Positions 61,575-64,000 of a stretch of DNA of 64,000 bases are shown here, piece by piece (within the stretch, counting starts at the first letter, position 1; each line of letters begins with the position of its first letter). Source of the DNA: Macrostomum lignano (lineage: Eukaryota). The notes beneath the pieces were generated by a model that was not told the origin of the DNA, did no database searches, and was given only the letters and a program-made list of their open reading frames with translations. Both the position numbers and the translations under genes were made by a program. The stretch spans positions 588,461 to 652,460 of the forward strand of contig NIVC01000260.1 in the NCBI GenBank assembly GCA_002269645.1. Direction: 5' to 3'.

Positions 61575-63115
61575 GATGACCTGAGTCTTGAATATGACCT
61601 CTGAATCTTGAATATGACCGCTGAATCTTGAATATGTCCTCTGAGTCTTGAATATGACCTCTGAGTCTTGAATATGACCTCTGAATCTTGAATATGACCT
61701 CTGAGTCTTGAATATGATCCCTGAGTCTTGAATATGACCTCTGAGTCTTGAATATGACCTCTGAGTCTTGAATATGACCTCTGAGTCTTGAATATGATCC
61801 CTGAGTCTTGAATATGACCTCTGAGTCTTGAATATGACCTCTGAGTCTTGAATATGACCTCTGAGTCTTGAATATGACCTCTGAGTCTTGAATATGACCT
61901 CTGAGTCTTGAATGTGACCTCTGAGTCTTGAATATGACCTCTGGTCTTGAATATGACCTCTGAGTCTTGAATATGACCTCTGAGTCTTGAATATGACCTC
62001 TGAGTCTTGAATATGACCTCTGAGTCTTGAATATGACCTCTGAGTCTTGAATATGTCCTCTGAGTCTTGAATATGACCTCTGAGTCTTGAATATGACCTC
62101 TGAATCTTGAATATGACCTCTGAGTCTTGAATATGACCTCTGAGTCTTGAATATGACCTCTGAGTCTTGAATATGACCTCTGAGTCTTGAATATGACCTC
62201 TGAGTCTTGAATATGATCCCTGAGTCTTGAATATGACCTCTGAGTCTTGAATATGACCTCTGGTCTTGAATATGACCTCTGAGTCTTGAATATGACCTCT
62301 GAGTCTTGAATATGACCTCTGAGTCTTGAATATGACCTCTGAGTCTTGAATATGACCTCTGAGTCTTGAATATGTCCTCTGAGTCTTGAATATGACCTCT
62401 GAGTCTGATTGAATCTGAATCTTGAATATGACCTCTGAGTCTTGAATATGATCCCTGAGTCTTGAATATGACCTCTGAGTCTTGAATATGACCTCTGAGT
62501 CTTGAATATGATCCCTGAGTCTTGAATGTGACCTCTGAGTCTTGAATATGACCTCTGGGTCTTGAATATGACCTCTGAGTCTTGAATATGACCTCTGAGT
62601 CTTGAATATGACCTCTGAGTCTTGAATATGACCTCTGAGTCTTGAATATGACCTCTGAGTCTTGAATATGTCCTCTGAGTCTTGAATATGACCTCTGAGT
62701 CTTGAATATGACCTCTGAATCTTGAATATGACCTCTGAGTCTCTTGAATATGATCCCTGAGTCTTGAATATGACCTCTGAGTCTTGAATATGACCTCTGA
62801 GTCTTGAATATGACCTCTGAGTCTTGATATGATGATCCCTGAGTCTTGAATATGACCTCTGAGTCTTGAATATGACCTCTGAGTCTTGAATATGACCTCT
62901 GAGTCTTGAATATGACCTCTGAGTCTTGAATATGACCTCTGAGTCTTGATATGACCTCTGAGTCTTGAATATGACCTCTGAGTCTTGAATATGACCTCTG
63001 AGTCTTGAATATGATCCCTGAGTCTTGAATATGACCTCTGGTCTTGAATATGACCTCTGAGTCTTGAATATGACCCCTGAGTCTTGAATATGATCCTTGA
63101 GTCCTGAATAAGATT
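61575..63115. repeat. 20-bp minisatellite (gagtcttgaatatgacctct), ~75 copies
   Basis: Read directly; it produces the spurious 562-aa ORF. Confidence 0.97.
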
Positions 63116-63661
63116 TCTGATTATTTAATATTATCCTAAACTGAAATCCCCATTTGCAAACAACTAATCCCATAGTTCAAATTAGAAACCATTTCCTGAA
63201 ATCAGAACCGTTGCCATATCGTATATACAAACTAGCTCGTAAATGAAGCTGCACTCCTTGAGCAAGTTCCTTTGCTTTCCTTTGCTTTACTTGACTTTCA
63301 CCAAGATTTATAGTTGAATAAAAGAGGCCAAGTTGCCCAACCCCCATGATTCCCCATCAAAGCCTAAATTTTTCTGACAAGGCAAAGGTGTCGGAGAGCA
63401 ACTCTCAGTTCTAGTAGTGGGAAATCTATTTTGAATTCAAGTGGAAGTGATGGAGGTGTCAGAGCGGCTGAAGTGGTCTGCATTCACGCTCACAGTTCCA
63501 CTTAAGTAAGTCTGTCTTGACTTCTTCCACGACTGACTATAGCGGAGACCTTGCGCAAGGACCTCAGATAACTGGACTGTGGAAGCCAGTGCGGTAAAAC
63601 AATCGAACCTCTTTATTGAGGTGCGAAATCCGGATTGGCTTCCAAACCCTACATTGTGAGA

Positions 63662-63880
63662 TTGTATAGTTTGTGAATATTGTACAGTTTGTGAAGATTC
63701 TAATTGTGAAGATTGTACAGTTTGTGAAGATTCTATAGTTTGTGAATATTGTACAGTTTGTGAAGATTCTATAGTTTGTGGATAAGATTGTACAGTTTGT
63801 GAGGATTCTATATTTGTGAATATTGTACAGTTTGTGAAGATTCTATAGTTTGTGAAGATTGTACAGTTTGTGAAGATTCT
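63662..63880. repeat. 18-bp minisatellite (tttgtgaagattgtacag variants)
   Basis: Read directly from the sequence. Confidence 0.9.
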
Positions 63881-64000
63881 CATTTTTGTATTTGGATTTA
63901 ATTCAAAATATAACTCACATTCGATCCTGTGCCTTTTAAAACAACCGTTCGGATTGCTATCATATTAGTTTAAGTGACTTACGAGTGACTTGCAACATTC

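Noticed and set aside
61485-63173. 562-aa repetitive ORF
   Set aside because: Translation of a 20-bp minisatellite; the unit is not a codon multiple and the AT-rich composition is unlike real exons here.

Overview
Eukaryotic (metazoan) genomic DNA. GC-rich exons, short GT-AG introns, (GACA)n tracts and dense minisatellites suggest a flatworm such as Macrostomum; this is inference only. 0-31 kb: a tandem array of six single-exon genes encoding secreted C-type-lectin + PAN/apple proteins. Two are intact and four are damaged or possibly damaged. They are interleaved with a DIRS/Ngaro remnant, a foldback element, an intact Chapaev DNA transposon (133-bp TIRs, 4-bp TSD), RNase-H LINE fragments and a full-length APE-RT-RNaseH LINE that splits one lectin copy. 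32.4-41.9 kb: a 9.5-kb Polinton/Maverick-like element with long TIRs and a 6-bp TSD. Its only recognisable gene is a ~1319-aa protein-primed DNA polymerase B split by six spliceosomal introns, with no visible integrase, capsid, ATPase or separate protease gene. This is the most unusual object in the window. 46-61 kb: a three-exon ARNT/tango bHLH-PAS gene and a convergent three-exon Hox3-class gene with minisatellite-filled introns. All coordinates, splice models and alignments were read by eye, without database searches.
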